A stretch of 63,944 nt of DNA, the filler included, from Thraustochytrium aureum (lineage: Eukaryota): NCBI GenBank assembly GCA_012862495.1. It is 8 parts of 4 records of this genome, joined end to end, with 100 filler letters (N's around TTAATTAATTAA, not from the genome) between each part and the next. Parts side by side here need not be neighbours in the genome. Positions count along the whole stretch, not along the records: positions 1 to 22,282 come from BLSG01000332.1; positions 22,383 to 30,163 come from BLSG01000332.1; positions 30,264 to 38,946 come from BLSG01000332.1; 5 more parts are not named here. One strand, written 5' to 3'. Positions 21,381-33,956 of the stretch are shown here, piece by piece (positions within the stretch are counted from its first letter, which is position 1; every line of letters starts with the position of its first letter). The notes under the pieces were generated by a model, which did not search any database, was not told the DNA's origin, and saw only the letters and a list, made by a program, of their open reading frames with translations. Position numbers and translations under genes: made by a program.

Positions 21381-24300
21381 ATGATTGGAGCGGACGTGGA
21401 GGCTGGGCGCGAGCTCGGCAAGCGGGCCTGCGACGCAAGAGACGTGGTGTCGTTTGAGAATGTGACCGTCAGGGTGCCCGGAAAGCATGGGCTGTGCAGC
21501 AGGACGCCGATCGCCGCGCCCCTGCGGGCTTGCGCCAGGGAGTATATGGCGTACGCGGTGGAAGAACGCGACGCGTTTTTGGCGCTCGACAGGGCCTCGG
21601 GCTACCTGAAGGCAGGCGAGCTTGTCGCGCTGCTGGGCCCCGCCGGCAGCGGGCGCACCACGTTACTCCGCGCTCTGAGCGGGAGGCTCAACCGCGAAGA
21701 CGAGCTGCACGGATCGGTGCTGTTCAACGGCGTGCCTGTCGGAAGGAGTGACCAGCGATGGCGGCGGTTCACCTCGTTCATCTCGGGCGAAGACAACACG
21801 CACAGCGCGGTGCTCACCGTGCGAGAGACCTTTGCGTTTGCAGCAGAGTGCACCAAACCCGCGGGCACGTCCCTGACAACCGAGGCTCGCGTGGCAGCGG
21901 CGCTCGAGGCGATGGGGCTTGTGGGAGCCGCTGACACGGTGGTGGGCGACGAGAACCTCCGCGGCGTCTCTGGCGGGCAAAAGCGGCGCGTCACGATCGG
22001 CGAGATGCTCCTCAATGGGAGCACGCCGTTTTTGTTCTTGGACGACCTGACGCGGGGCCTGGACTCGGTCACGAGCTTGGCGCTCGTCAAGCGGCTGCAG
22101 GGCATTTGCCACTCGCACGGGATCGGATGCATGGTGACGCTCGAGTCGCCGAGCGACGAGATGCTGGCCGCCACCGACAAGGTCAAGGTCTTGTGCGAGG
22201 GGGGCGCACGGCGTACTTTGGGCCGCCAGACCCCGAGGCCCTCTTGGCCCTGTTCGACCCGGAAGCGGCTCACAGGACAGGCNNNNNNNNNNNNNNNNNN
22301 NNNNNNNNNNNNNNNNNNNNNNNNNNTTAATTAATTAANNNNNNNNNNNNNNNNNNNNNNNNNNNNNNNNNNNNNNNNNNNNAGCCGCCTCGCGGCTCAC
22401 CTTTAGCGCGTTGGCGGGCCCCAAGCTGGCGCGGGCCTTTGGCAAGGAGACGGCCCACGACGAGGAGTCCCCAGCAGCGAGCGCGGCGGCGCAGGAGCGG
22501 AGGAGCGTCAGGCTACTGCACGAGGTGAGCGCGGTGTTTTGCAAGGGTCGAATGACGGCACTGATGGGGAGCTCGGGGGCCGGCAAGACGACGCTCATGG
22601 ACGTCGTTGCCGGGATGAAGACCGGCGGGACCGTGAGCGGGTCTGTGATGGTCGACGGCGTGGCCAAGCACGAGTCTTGGTGGAGGCGGATCAGCGCGTA
22701 CGCAGAGCAAAACGACATCCTCAACCCGTACCTGTCGGTCCAGGAAACGCTGCTGTTCACGGCGCGCTGCAGGCTGTCATGCAGCGGCGCGGCGCAAGAA
22801 GCCCTTGTAGAGCGCGTCCTCGGGTTAGTCGGGCTCGAGGGGCAGGCCACAGCCATGGTGGGGCGCGAGGACCAGGGCGAAGGCCTTGCCAAGCATGCTC
22901 GCAAGCGTCTAACGATCGCCAACGCGCTTTGCCAGCAACCCAAAGTGCTGTTTTGCGACGAGCCAACGTCGGGGCTGGGCGCGGTGGAGGCTGCGCTGGT
23001 CATGGACGCGGTCCGGCGCGCTACGACCGACTTTCGCCTGATAACGCTCGTGACGATACACCAGCCTGGTGCGGCCCTGTTTGCGCTGTTTGACGACCTG
23101 CTGTTGCTGGCGCGCGGGGGGCGCGTCGTTTATGCGGGCCCCACTGGGCCCGGCGCCTCGACCGCGCTGGAATACTTTGCCCTTGGTGTGGGCAGCGATG
23201 ACGAAGCGGCCAAGCTGCCGGGACCAAGCTGCAGACCCCTCCGAGTGGCTGCTGGCAGCTGTGGAGCGCGAAGGCGCCGAAGCTGCTGCTGCGCGATGGA
23301 GCAGTGCGCCGGAATGCGCAGGCGTGCGCGCGAGGGTCGCCTCGAGCATCGTGGAGGCGAACAAGGCAAAGGGCGCTTCCGGCGCCGGCTGGAGACTCGC
23401 TGCGGCGCCCTCGAGCACCGTCACGTTTCCGCTGCTGGTGAAGCGACAGTTTGTGAGCATTTGGCGCAACCCCAATTATTCGCTGGTTCGGCTGTGGGCC
23501 ACGCTCGTGTGCTCCCTGTACGTGGGGCTTTTGTTTCTGGGCCTGGACGACACGGTGCAGGGCGCCGTGTTTGCAATCGCGGCGATATTTTACATGGTTT
23601 TCACGTTGGTGATCCCGATGCAGGCCGCCGTCGTGCCCTTGATCGAGGACCGCGCCGTCCTGTACCGCGAGACGGTCTCGGGCACGTACTCGCACTTGGC
23701 GTACGGGCTCGCGCAGCTGGTGGCCGATGTCCCCTTTCACGCGCTCAACGCGGTGATCTACCTCGTGCTGTACGGGCTCGTCGGGTTTCGCGCGGGAGGC
23801 GCGTTTGTGGGCTTTTACCTGCTGCTTGTGTTTCTCGCAAACTGGGTGATCCCCTCGATGGGGCAGCTGTTTGCCCTGGTCAGCCCAAATGAGGAGACGG
23901 CCAACGGGCTGGCGGGGCTCTCGGTGATCTTGAGCGTCATGCTCATGGGGTTTTTGGTCACGGTGCGTGCGATGCCTGGCGGCTGGATCTGGGCGTATTG
24001 GTCCAACTTGTTCCACTACGTGCTCCAAGGGCTTGTCACCAACGAGCTCGCGGGGCGCAACTTTACGCTCCCTGTGGGGTCGGCGGGATCAGGGTCCGGC
24101 GAGCTCGCGGTCCTCTTTGGCCCAGGCGTTGATCCGGGATCCGACTCGGCAGCCTCGGCCGCGCTGGCTCTCGTCTCGCTGGGCCAGCAGGCGGCAGCGC
24201 GCGGGCCGGACGCGCTCCTAGGCGGTGCCAACACGACTCTACCCCTGTTCAACCTCGTCGCCTGCTGGGTCGCGAACGACTGTCTCCGCGAGCCGCTCGC

Positions 24301-24757
24301 GTCAAACCTCTTTTCTTGCACGATCTTTACGCTGCGGCCGGGGCCACCGCCCTGCGAAGCGGCCTTCCAGGATGCGCAGAGCCAGATCGCGCAAGTGGCC
24401 GCGTGCTTTGCTGGTACTGCCGATTACTCGTTGGTGACGGACAACAGGGACAAGCTCGAGCTCTTGCTTTGCCTGCTGCGTGCGCTGCTGCCGCCGGCGT
24501 GGCTCGAGGCCATCCTCGAGCTCGTGCATGCCATTTTGGGCTTGTTGGCGTTTGTCCTGGACATTTTGCGCTACGGGATCCCAGGGGATGTTGTGCTGTG
24601 GTACTTTGGCTGGGCCGAGATTTCGCTCGGGCCGGCCGGCGTTGAGTTCGAGACCTTCAAATGGTACTACTCTCTGTTTGCCGTGGCATGCTTTCTCGTC
24701 GGGATCGAGTTCCTGAAGCTCCTCGCGGTGCGGACCATCGTCTGGATCAAGCGGTAG
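21381..24757 (+). CDS. Full-size ABCG/PDR transporter (NBD1 ... NBD2-TMD2); TMD1 missing at spacer 22283-22382; indel near 23220
   Basis: NBD1 GPAGSGRTT, VSGGQKRRVTIGE, LDDLTRGLDS. NBD2 MGSSGAGKTT, RKRLTIA, DEPTSGL, TIHQP. TMD WRNPNY and DRAVLYRE..SGTYS. Confidence 0.9.
22283..22382. other. Artificial 100-bp assembly spacer (44N-TTAATTAATTAA-44N)
   Basis: Identical geometry at seven sites; the 12-mer gives stops in all six frames. Confidence 0.97.
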
Positions 24758-24948
24758 CAGCACCCCAAAAGAGTACCTGGGTACTCGCACCCGCCCAGTT
24801 ATTTATCATTTATCATTTATCATGCTCTAACTCGCTCACTGCCGATGAAGAGGCTGCGGGCGGCGCCGCCGCCTGAAGAGTGGCGCGTCGTTGGCTCGGT
24901 CAGGAACGCAATGGCGAGCAGCCGAACCACGACACAGCGTAGCAGGCG

Positions 24949-25091
24949 CAGCGCTAGGCGCCTTGCCGTCAGACGAAAGCGGCACAGCGCTTGGCGTCTT
25001 GCCGTCAGACGAAAGCGACACAGCGCTTGGCGTCTTGCCGTCAGACGAAAGCGACACAGCGCAGCAAGCGCAGCGCTTGGCGCCTTGCCGT
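24949..25091 (+). repeat. 36-bp tandem minisatellite x3 plus partial copies
   Basis: Unit cagcgcttggcgtcttgccgtcagacgaaagcgaca at 24949, 24985 and 25021; partial at 25071. Confidence 0.92.
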
Positions 25092-25114
25092 TGAGGTCGA
25101 CTCCCAGTTGCGTC

Positions 25115-25233
25115 CAAGCGTCGTCAGTTCCACCTCGGCCAGGGCTGTGCCAAAAGACGAGCGTCGTCAGTTCCACCTTAGCCAGGGCTGCGCCTTCCGA
25201 CAAGCGTCGTCAGTTCCACCTTGGCCAGGGCGG
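25115..25233 (+). repeat. 43-bp-period repeat x3 (conserved core of about 33 bp + variable 10 bp)
   Basis: Core c(a/g)agcgtcgtcagttccacct(c/t)(g/a)gccagggc at 25115, 25158 and 25201. Confidence 0.9.
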
Positions 25234-28200
25234 TAAGGCTGACCAGATTCGTCAGCTCGTAGCGCTTGCAGCATCCTCCTTGCTTGCAGACTGTCACCAG
25301 CAATTGGTCAGCAGCGTCAAGGCTTCTCTCGCGGACCAACTGGCAACGACAAGCAGCCAGAAGAAGAAGAGCTTGGCCGCGCGAGCATCGCGCGAGAGCC
25401 CCAAGCGGCACCTGCAAAGTCGACGGATCGCCCGAGACCAAACGGACTCGGTAGGAATGGATGGAGTAGGTACCTACTAGTAAGTACTTGACTGGAGAGC
25501 CCGTGCAGCCTTCCTTCACTGCGGCGCGCTCCAGATGGCGATGGACCATATCTTGCGAAGCGCGCCACCCAGCCCACGCCCGGAAAGCCTCCATGCAGAC
25601 CACGCCGACTTGGCAAGTACCGTGTCGGGTTACGAACGAGCAGCACTGCAGCCAAGTGGGTCCGCTACTGCGCGCTTTTTCGTTGTTGCACGCACACTTG
25701 AGCGCCCCGCCGCGCGCAATCGTCCGGCCTCTGCGATCAACAGACCGCCGACGACGGCACACGGGTAGACAGACTCGGGCTCGCTCGATCCGCCTGGGGC
25801 GCTTGCCGTCGTTCGAGGCGGCTCGCAGCAGCGCCTCGAGGCGCCGCAAGTCAAACCGCCCCAAACCAAAGCCATCTCCCGGTCCTTTGCCGCCCAGGCG
25901 CCGCCACTCAACTCTTGTGGTGAGAGAGTACCTACGGCATGGCCTGCAACAGCATCGGGCGCAGAGCTGTTCAGAGCTGAGCAGCGCAGAGCGAGCGGAG
26001 CAGCGAGCGTAGGTATGGCTGCGCGAGGCAGGCAGGTACCTTCTGGCATGCGAGCGAGCTCCCACGCGTGAAANNNNNNNNNNNNNNNNNNNNNNNNNNN
26101 NNNNNNNNNNNNNNNNNNNNNNNNNNNNNNNNNNNNNNNNNNNNNNNNNNNNNNNNNNNNNNNNNNNNNNNNNNNNNNNNNNNNNNNNNNNNNNNNNNNN
26201 NNNNNNNNNNNNNNNNNNNNNNNNNNNNNNNNNNNNNNNNNNNNNNNNNNNNNNNNNNNNNNNNNNNNNNNNNNNNNNNNNNNNNNNNNNNNNNNNNNNN
26301 NNNNNNNNNNNNNNNNNNNNNNNNNNNNNNNNNNNNNNNNNNNNNNNNNNNNNNNNNNNNNNNNNNNNNNNNNNNNNNNNNNNNNNNNNNNNNNNNNNNN
26401 NNNNNNNNNNNNNNNNNNNNNNNNNNNNNNNNNNNNNNNNNNNNNNNNNNNNNNNNNNNNNNNNNNNNNNNNNNNNNNNNNNNNNNNNNNNNNNNNNNNN
26501 NNNNNNNNNNNNNNNNNNNNNNNNNNNNNNNNNNNNNNNNNNNNNNNNNNNNNNNNNNNNNNNNNNNNNNNNNNNNNNNNNNNNNNNNNNNNNNNNNNNN
26601 NNNNNNNNNNNNNNNNNNNNNNNNNNNNNNNNNNNNNNNNNNNNNNNNNNNNNNNNNNNNNNNNNNNNNNNNNNNAGGCGAGCGAGCGCCCGCAAGCGCT
26701 CGCAAGCGAGCGCTCGCAAGCAAGCGCTCGCGAGAGCTTGCACGAAGCTGCGGAGGCGCCACGGCCAGGTGTGCGGCGGCCCGGCGGCGGTCGCGCTTGC
26801 ACGTTCGCTTGATTGCTCGCCCTGTTTTGTTTTGTTTTGTTTCGTTTCGTTTCGTTTTGGTCTGGTGGTTGTTTGGTCTGCGTGTGCTACGACCTCCTCG
26901 CACGGAGAGACTGGCGGACATTGTCTCGAGAGGATTTCGGGTCGCAAGTAACAAACACCGGCGACACCAACTCGAACACCTGCGGCGGCATCAACGACTT
27001 GACAGACAGAGCACGCAAGAGCTTGCTGCAGAGGACGCAAGCGCACGGCCCAGGCAGACGACAGCGCCAGTACGCGCAACCCAGCGACTGGTTGCTGGCT
27101 GGCTGGCTGGCTCGGCTCGCTCGCTGGCTGGCCTGCGCCGAAAGCGGCCCGGCGCGGTCTCGCCTCGCGCAAAGCTCGCTGGCAGCGTGGAGCAAGGGGC
27201 TGGACAGCGCCGAGGACAACAAGTCGCGGCTGGCCTGCGCGACGAGGCGCCGGATATGCTAGCCGCGAGCGAAGGGCTCGGGCGGCCCTACTCGATGGCG
27301 TGATTGGGCGGAGGAGGCGCAGGAGGAGCAACGGGTCCGCCGCGGCAGGGCACTGGAGAAAGTTTGTCGGCGAGGCGCTCGCGGAGCGGCTGAAACTGAA
27401 CGCCACGCTGCTGCTCGAGTCGAGCGAAGAAGTGGCGCCTGGCGCAGGCCCCGAGTGATCGTGCGGCTGAGCATGGCCGGACCGCAAGGCATGGCCCGCA
27501 CTGGGACGTCGTGCGTGTCCGNNNNNNNNNNNNNNNNNNNNNNNNNNNNNNNNNNNNNNNNNNNNNNNNNNNNNNNNNNNNNNNNNNNNNNNNNNNNNNN
27601 NNNNNNNNNNNNNNNNNNNNNNNNNNNNNNNNNNNNNNNNNNNNNNNNNNNNNNNNNNNNNNNNNNNNNNNNNNNNNNNNNNNNNNNNNNNNNNNNNNNN
27701 NNNNNNNNNNNNNNNNNNNNNNNNNNNNNNNNNNNNNNNNNNNNNNNNNNNNNNNNNNNNNNNNNNNNNNNNNNNNNNNNNNNNNNNNNNNNNNNNNNNN
27801 NNNNNNNNNNNNNNNNNNNNNNNNNNNNNNNNNNNNNNNNNNNNNNNNNNNNNNNNNNNNNNNNNNNNNNNNNNNNNNNNNNNNNNNNNNNNNNNNNNNN
27901 NNNNNNNNNNNNNNNNNNNNNNNNNNNNNNNNNNNNNNNNNNNNNNNNNNNNNNNNNNNNNNNNNNNNNNNNNNNNNNNNNNNNNNNNNNNNNNNNNNNN
28001 NNNNNNNNNNNNNNNNNNNNNNNNNNNNNNNNNNNNNNNNNNNNNNNNNNNNNNNNNNNNNNNNNNNNNNNNNNNNNNNNNNNNNNNNNNNNNNNNNNNN
28101 NNNNNNNNNNNNNNNNNNNNNNNNNNNNNNNNNNNNNNNNNNNNNNNNNNNNNNNNNNNNNNNNNNNNNNNNNNNNNNNNNNNNNNNNNNNNNNNNNNNN

Positions 28201-28516
28201 NNNNNNNNNNNNNNNNNNNNNNNNNNNNNNNNNNNNNNNNNNNNNNNNNNNNNNNNNNNNNNNNNNNNNNNNNNNNNNNNNNNNNNNNNNNNNNNNNNNN
28301 NNNNNNNNNNNNNNNNNNNNNNNNNNNNNNNNNNNNNNNNNNNNNNNNNNNNNNNNNNNNNNNNNNNNNNNNNNNNNNNNNNNNNNNNNNNNNNNNNNNN
28401 NNNNNNNNNNNNNNNNNNNNNNNNNNNNNNNNNNNNNNNNNNNNNNNNNNNNNNNNNNNNNNNNNNNNNNNNNNNNNNNNNNCGGCGGATTTGGCGGCTG
28501 CGGTCTCCACGGCTCG

Positions 28517-29032
28517 ATGGAATTCGACATGGAGAGCTCGTTTGACTGCGAACTCGACTACGACTCGGACGAGTTTGAGGAGCTAGGAAGCCGCAGGGAC
28601 TCGATGTTCGACCAGGACGACGTCAACGAGGACGAGCTCGAGGTGCTCTACCGCAGTCAGCCAGTCTCGGGCGCCATCGCGGTGCCGCCGCCGCCGCTGG
28701 CGGCCGTCGCGGTATTGACGGCGCAGGCCTCGTCGCCGCCCGCGCCAAGCGCGTTCTCGCCCCAGCTCGTGGCACCCGTGTTGTCGTACACCGAGCGCGA
28801 GCCCGAGGATGAAGAGCAGCGTGCCCTTCCGCGCAACTTTTGTCTGTTCGACGCGCAGGTCGCCGCCGACCTTGGCGAGCCGCGCTTCGACTGCTGGTCG
28901 CCTGTTTCGGTTCCGGACACGCCGGATGCGCTCGCCCACTTCTCCGCGCAGACGTCGCAGTACACGAGCGGCCTCCTCTCGAGCGTTGCGCGGAGGCTGG
29001 CGGCCGAGCTGGCGGGCGACAGCGACTTGTAG
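28517..29032 (+). CDS. Hypothetical acidic, probably disordered protein (171 aa)
   Basis: ATG 28517; GC3-rich codon usage; D/E-rich N-terminus and Pro-rich middle. Confidence 0.55.
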   Translation: MEFDMESSFDCELDYDSDEFEELGSRRDSMFDQDDVNEDELEVLYRSQPVSGAIAVPPPPLAAVAVLTAQASSPPAPSAFSPQLVAPVLSYTEREPEDEEQRALPRNFCLFDAQVAADLGEPRFDCWSPVSVPDTPDALAHFSAQTSQYTSGLLSSVARRLAAELAGDSDL

Positions 29033-30163
29033 CTAACTCACGCACTGCGTAGATGATGTACATAGCCTAACTACAACCCCTCTCGGTACAGGTGCAGCAC
29101 GACCGCAGGCCGAGCCCGACCATCGCCTTGCCCGAGCCATATTCGAGGCCTCCGCGGCCGTGATGCTGAGCCAGCCCGAGAAGTACACTGGAAACTCCAC
29201 CGTGTAGTTGGTACTCCTCGTCAAGCACCGGTATGTTGAAGGTCTCTTGCTTCTTTCATTCATTCTTTCGTTCATTCTTTCATTCTTTCTTCATGAACAG
29301 ACGGGTAGAATCGTTTCTGTATGTTGGTGTCCCAGTCGCCTCGAGGAAAAGGGCCGCCCCGAGGAAAGACAGAAAGGCGAAAGCGAAACGAACTGCGAGA
29401 GCAACGCGATCCAGGCGCCCCGAGCGCATCGCGACGATTCTCCGGCGCCGCTCCGGTACCTCTAGAGGTCGAGTAGTCCAGCCAGAGGCACCCGTGCGAG
29501 CGCAGACCTCTTCGCGACTGGCGCAAGCCGATCCGAGCACACCCCGACCACGTTAATCACCAGCAGCCCGTCTGGCGTTCATGAGGTTGGTAAGTACCGG
29601 TACGCACCCCGCCTTATAGAGGGCTTTAAAGCCCGGCAGCAGCCATACTGCGGGACGCCGCGTCAACATCGGCGCAGTCCAGGCCGCTCGGCGGCGCAGA
29701 TTAATCGCGGAGCAACCGGACACAGCGAGCCCTCCGTCATGGCGCCGCGAAAGAAAGAGCGAGTGGAATGGATGGGCCTCCGAGTCCCGGTGTGCACGGC
29801 GTCATCGAGCTCGTCCTGCTGCGAGTGGGCAGCGGCGGCGGCAGCGGCGGCGGCGTTCACAAACAGCACTCGGGCCTCCTTCGCCTCGATCAAGTTGGAC
29901 TTCGCAGGCTGATTTCCACCCCCGACGCTCGTGGGCCATCCTGCACAAGCAGCGCCGAGTCCCTCACGGGTGCACACCTACACAGTGAGCAAGAGAGGAC
30001 CCGCAGGGCACCCGCGACGGCCCAAAGCCAACGGCAGCAGAGGGCCTGCGGGTGCCCCTGGGGAACCCGCGAACCCGTTTTTGTTCTCTTGAAATCGACG
30101 GTCAACCAGCAGAACAGCTCTCGATGGACTCGGCAAGTGCGAAAGTGCAAGTGGACGGACACT

Positions 30164-30263
30164 NNNNNNNNNNNNNNNNNNNNNNNNNNNNNNNNNNNNN
30201 NNNNNNNTTAATTAATTAANNNNNNNNNNNNNNNNNNNNNNNNNNNNNNNNNNNNNNNNNNNN
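30164..30263. other. Artificial 100-bp assembly spacer
   Basis: 44N-TTAATTAATTAA-44N. Confidence 0.97.
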
Positions 30264-30854
30264 CGGCGCGCTACTCGGGCCGAAAGTCGCCCATCCCGAA
30301 CGCCGCACGCCTGTCCAAGACCGGCCGCGCCCTCAGCGACAGCACGCTCGTGGCGGCCGCTGGCAGCTCTCTCGGCTCCAACCGCGTAGACCCGACCTTT
30401 GTCAACTACACTGTGGTCCCGCTGCTGCTCCGGTCCGGGCTCGCGTACGAGAAGGCGCAAAACTTGGGCGAGCGCTTCAAGACATACACACGAGCGGAGC
30501 TGGATGCGGTTCTCGCCTCCCCCGAGGCCCTGATCGCAGCCCTTGTGAACGAGCAGGTCAACGCGCCGCTCACCTTTGCTGCCCGCCTGCGCACCGACCG
30601 GTTCTGGGGAAGAGTCCAGCAAGGCGGACAAGCGCAAGAGCTACGTGTACTTTCGCTCCGACCCGGAGGCGCGCAAGTCGGTCGGCCGCGTGCGCCACAA
30701 GAGCACCTCGGCCTCAGCAGAGCCGAAGCGCCGCAGCGAGTTTGCCTCCTCGCTCGTCCCGGGCCAGCGCGAGCTCTCGCGCTCCGACCTCGACCGCCTT
30801 TCCCAGCACTCGAAGGACTCCCGGACCTTGCGGGCCTTCTATGACGCCAAGTAG
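30264..30854 (+). CDS. C-terminal fragment of a hypothetical protein (indel near 30610)
   Basis: ORF 30350 frame reads as coding up to the ggggaag run; ORF 30576 frame continues to ...RAFYDAK*. Confidence 0.5.
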
Positions 30855-31070
30855 CGGGGCCCTGGGGGCCGCGGCAACAAACTGCACTGACTGGAAGATA
30901 TGAGCATAAGTGGAAGGGGGAGGGCTGAGCCAGCGAAGAAAGCGTTCGACAATTTCATGACTCTTTCAGCGAAAACAACCCACTGTCCGCGAGCGCGCGC
31001 TCCTGGCATTCAACACACTACCGCCGCCTAGAGCATTTTTTAACCGCCGACTCGAAGCACTAATGCCTGC

Positions 31071-31272
31071 TCAAAGTATCTTGTCAAGGCTCTCGATCTC
31101 CACGATACTGCTCCCGCGCAGCACGACCATGCCAAGCGCGTTCACCTCCGTCTCGCTCACCACCTCCTCGGTGTTGTCCAGCACCAGGTTCATAAACTCG
31201 TCGTACCCTCGGAGCACGCCGCGCACCCTCCGATTCGCATTCAGCCGAATGCTCAGCCGCTTCTCCATGTAC
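31071..31272 (-). CDS. SNRPG: Small nuclear ribonucleoprotein G (SmG), last exon; first exon in gap
   Basis: YMEKRLSIRLNANRRVRGVLRGYDEFMNLVLD...GMVVLRGSSI (Sm1/Sm2 motifs); acceptor ctcgcag at 31273 with CTGAC branch-like motifs upstream. Confidence 0.95.
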
Positions 31273-32002
31273 CTGCGAGCCGCGTCAGCCTCGCCGCGTC
31301 AGCCAACCGNNNNNNNNNNNNNNNNNNNNNNNNNNNNNNNNNNNNNNNNNNNNNNNNNNNNNNNNNNNNNNNNNNNNNNNNNNNNNNNNNNNNNNNNNNN
31401 NNNNNNNNNNNNNNNNNNNNNNNNNNNNNNNNNNNNNNNNNNNNNNNNNNNNNNNNNNNNNNNNNNNNNNNNNNNNNNNNNNNNNNNNNNNNNNNNNNNN
31501 NNNNNNNNNNNNNNNNNNNNNNNNNNNNNNNNNNNNNNNNNNNNNNNNNNNNNNNNNNNNNNNNNNNNNNNNNNNNNNNNNNNNNNNNNNNNNNNNNNNN
31601 NNNNNNNNNNNNNNNNNNNNNNNNNNNNNNNNNNNNNNNNNNNNNNNNNNNNNNNNNNNNNNNNNNNNNNNNNNNNNNNNNNNNNNNNNNNNNNNNNNNN
31701 NNNNNNNNNNNNNNNNNNNNNNNNNNNNNNNNNNNNNNNNNNNNNNNNNNNNNNNNNNNNNNNNNNNNNNNNNNNNNNNNNNNNNNNNNNNNNNNNNNNN
31801 NNNNNNNNNNNNNNNNNNNNNNNNNNNNNNNNNNNNNNNNNNNNNNNNNNNNNNNNNNNNNNNNNNNNNNNNNNNNNNNNNNNNNNNNNNNNNNNNNNNN
31901 NNNNNNNNNNNNNNNNNNNNNNNNNNNNNNNNNNNNNNNNNNNNNNNNNNNNNNNNNNNNNNNNNNNNNNNNNNNNNNNNNNNNNNCTTGCAAGCAAGCG
32001 AG

Positions 32003-33956
32003 CTAAATCGAAAAGCGCTTGCCGGCGGGCGCCTCAAATAGCACGTTGTCGCTGGCGATGCTGTCGCTGCGCACGGAACCGCTGCTAACGGAAGACCAGT
32101 CGGTGGAGTATCGCGACGGCTTGTACACGATGCCGTGCATGTCGCGGTTGTCGACCAGGTCCGGCGGCAGGTCCCCTCGCGGCACGCGCTCGCGGCGGCG
32201 CAGCGCAAAGACAACGCCCATCCCAGCCGCAGCCGCCAAGAAAAGCGCCCCGACAACCGCTCCGCCGATCGCCGCCCCGCCGAGGCCGGGCGTCTCTGTT
32301 GGCGAGACTGTCGGCGTGGCGGAGGGCGACAGCGTGGGCGCGCGCGTCGGTGACGCTGTCGGCGTCTTTGTCGGAATACCCGTCGGGTGTGGCGTTGGTC
32401 TTGTCGTAGGCCCTTGCGTGGGCGACGCAGAAGGGCTCGTTGTCGGCGAGGCTGTCGGCACAAAAGTAAACACCACGACCGCGCCGATGCGCTGTAGGGC
32501 CTCAGTGGAGTTGACGACAGCCGCCAAATTGGCGTCCTCGGCGCTTGGCACGCCGACCAAAAGGGTCTCCCCCCCTTCCGAAAACTCGAGCGGCAGCGTG
32601 CCGCTGCTCCAGTGCGTGCCGTTGACGGTGACTGGCTCGCTCGTCTGCACAGGCAAGACGAGGGTGGACGCGAGGGCAAAGTGCAAGCCGCCTGCCCCCG
32701 GGGATTCGGCGGCGGCAGCGGCGGCGTCGCGAGAGTAAACCGCGACGTCGTCCAAGCGTGAGCCGCCAGCCACCGCGAGAAGGTCGGGCCCAAGCGCAAG
32801 CGTCTCGCCGAACACAGACTCCGCGCTGGCGTTCACGCTGGCCGCGGCGAATCCAGGGGCAGCGAGCTCCTGGGCGTGCGCGTCGGCGCGGTCGTCGAGG
32901 AGGAAGATCCTCACAACGCCCTGGCCAGTGGCGTTCGAGTAGCCGCCGAGCGCCACGGTGCGGGTGACCGGGTCCACGGCGCACGAGCGCACCTGGATCG
33001 GGTCGTCGACGGCGCCGGTGTTGAGGAGAACTGGGTCCACAGACCAGGTCTCGTTGACGTAGTGCAGCACGGTGACAGGGTCGGTCGTTCGCGTCAGGTC
33101 CGCGGCTGGCCCGTCCGAGCCGAGCACCACCGCAAGGTCGCCAGAGGCTGCGACGCGGTGGCCGAACCGGCTGGCGGGCCCGCTCAGCGTGACCGCGAGC
33201 TCGAACGTGCTCGACACGTTGGACCAGACTAGCGCGTGGACCGAGCCGGTCGAGTCCAGAGCTAGGTCCGGCGCGCCGACGAGGAGCCACCTCTTGTCGT
33301 CCGAGGTCTGCGAAAGCGAGAGCGAGTGCCCAAAGTCGGCAAACAGCTCGTTGTCGAGGGCTTGGACGAGGTCGGCCGTCGCGTTGAGCGGGTTGCTGTC
33401 CTCGCTCGAGTAGGCGCGAAACACGAGCGCCCCGCCCCTGCCCGGGCGCCGAGACTGCAACCAGTTCGTCCAGGCAGGCGACGGACCGGCCCGGGGCTGC
33501 AGCGACGGGGCCATTGTCTGGCTCGCCCGTACCTGGTCCGCCAGAGCCCGAGCCGCCCCCAGTGCCGAATATGGCGTTTGCTGCAAGGTCGAGTTCCAGC
33601 TCGAGGGTCCACTCCCCGTCGATCTCGTTGGAATAGGCCCAGGCTCGGGGTTCGGCGGAGGCGATGCCGGCGGTCTCGTTTCCGGCGAAACCGGGGCCGC
33701 TCGCCACGATGCGGTTTCCGCAGAACGATGCGGCGGACCCGAAAAGGGCGTTCTCTTGCGGGTCGCCGGCCCAGAGGACCTCTCTCGAGACCCAGATGCC
33801 TGGACTTGCCACTGCTGCCTCGTCAAATTGGCCGCTCGGGTCGCTCCTGGTGCTCACGACCCCCGCAACGACGCCCATCAGCGCAACGGAGGCGATCCCG
33901 GCGCCCACGGCCATGGCTTTCCTTGAGCTCATCCACTTGTACGGCACATGCTCCAA
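32003..33956 (-). CDS. FG-GAP (integrin-alpha-like) beta-propeller membrane protein with PT-rich stalk, TM and cytoplasmic tail; indel near 33440
   Basis: Repeats FGSAASF..IVASGP, FGHSLSL..LLVGAP, FGHRVA, FGETLAL, LLVGVP; PTASPTTSP linker; C-terminal TM followed by RRRER; N-terminal hydrophobic segment. Confidence 0.8.

Noticed and set aside
25115..25233. CRISPR-like array
   Set aside because: Only three units, 10-bp partly similar linkers, no cas genes, eukaryotic context.
26900..27460. Coding-like fragment between two large gaps
   Set aside because: No consistent frame or family motif; may be exon pieces but cannot be called.
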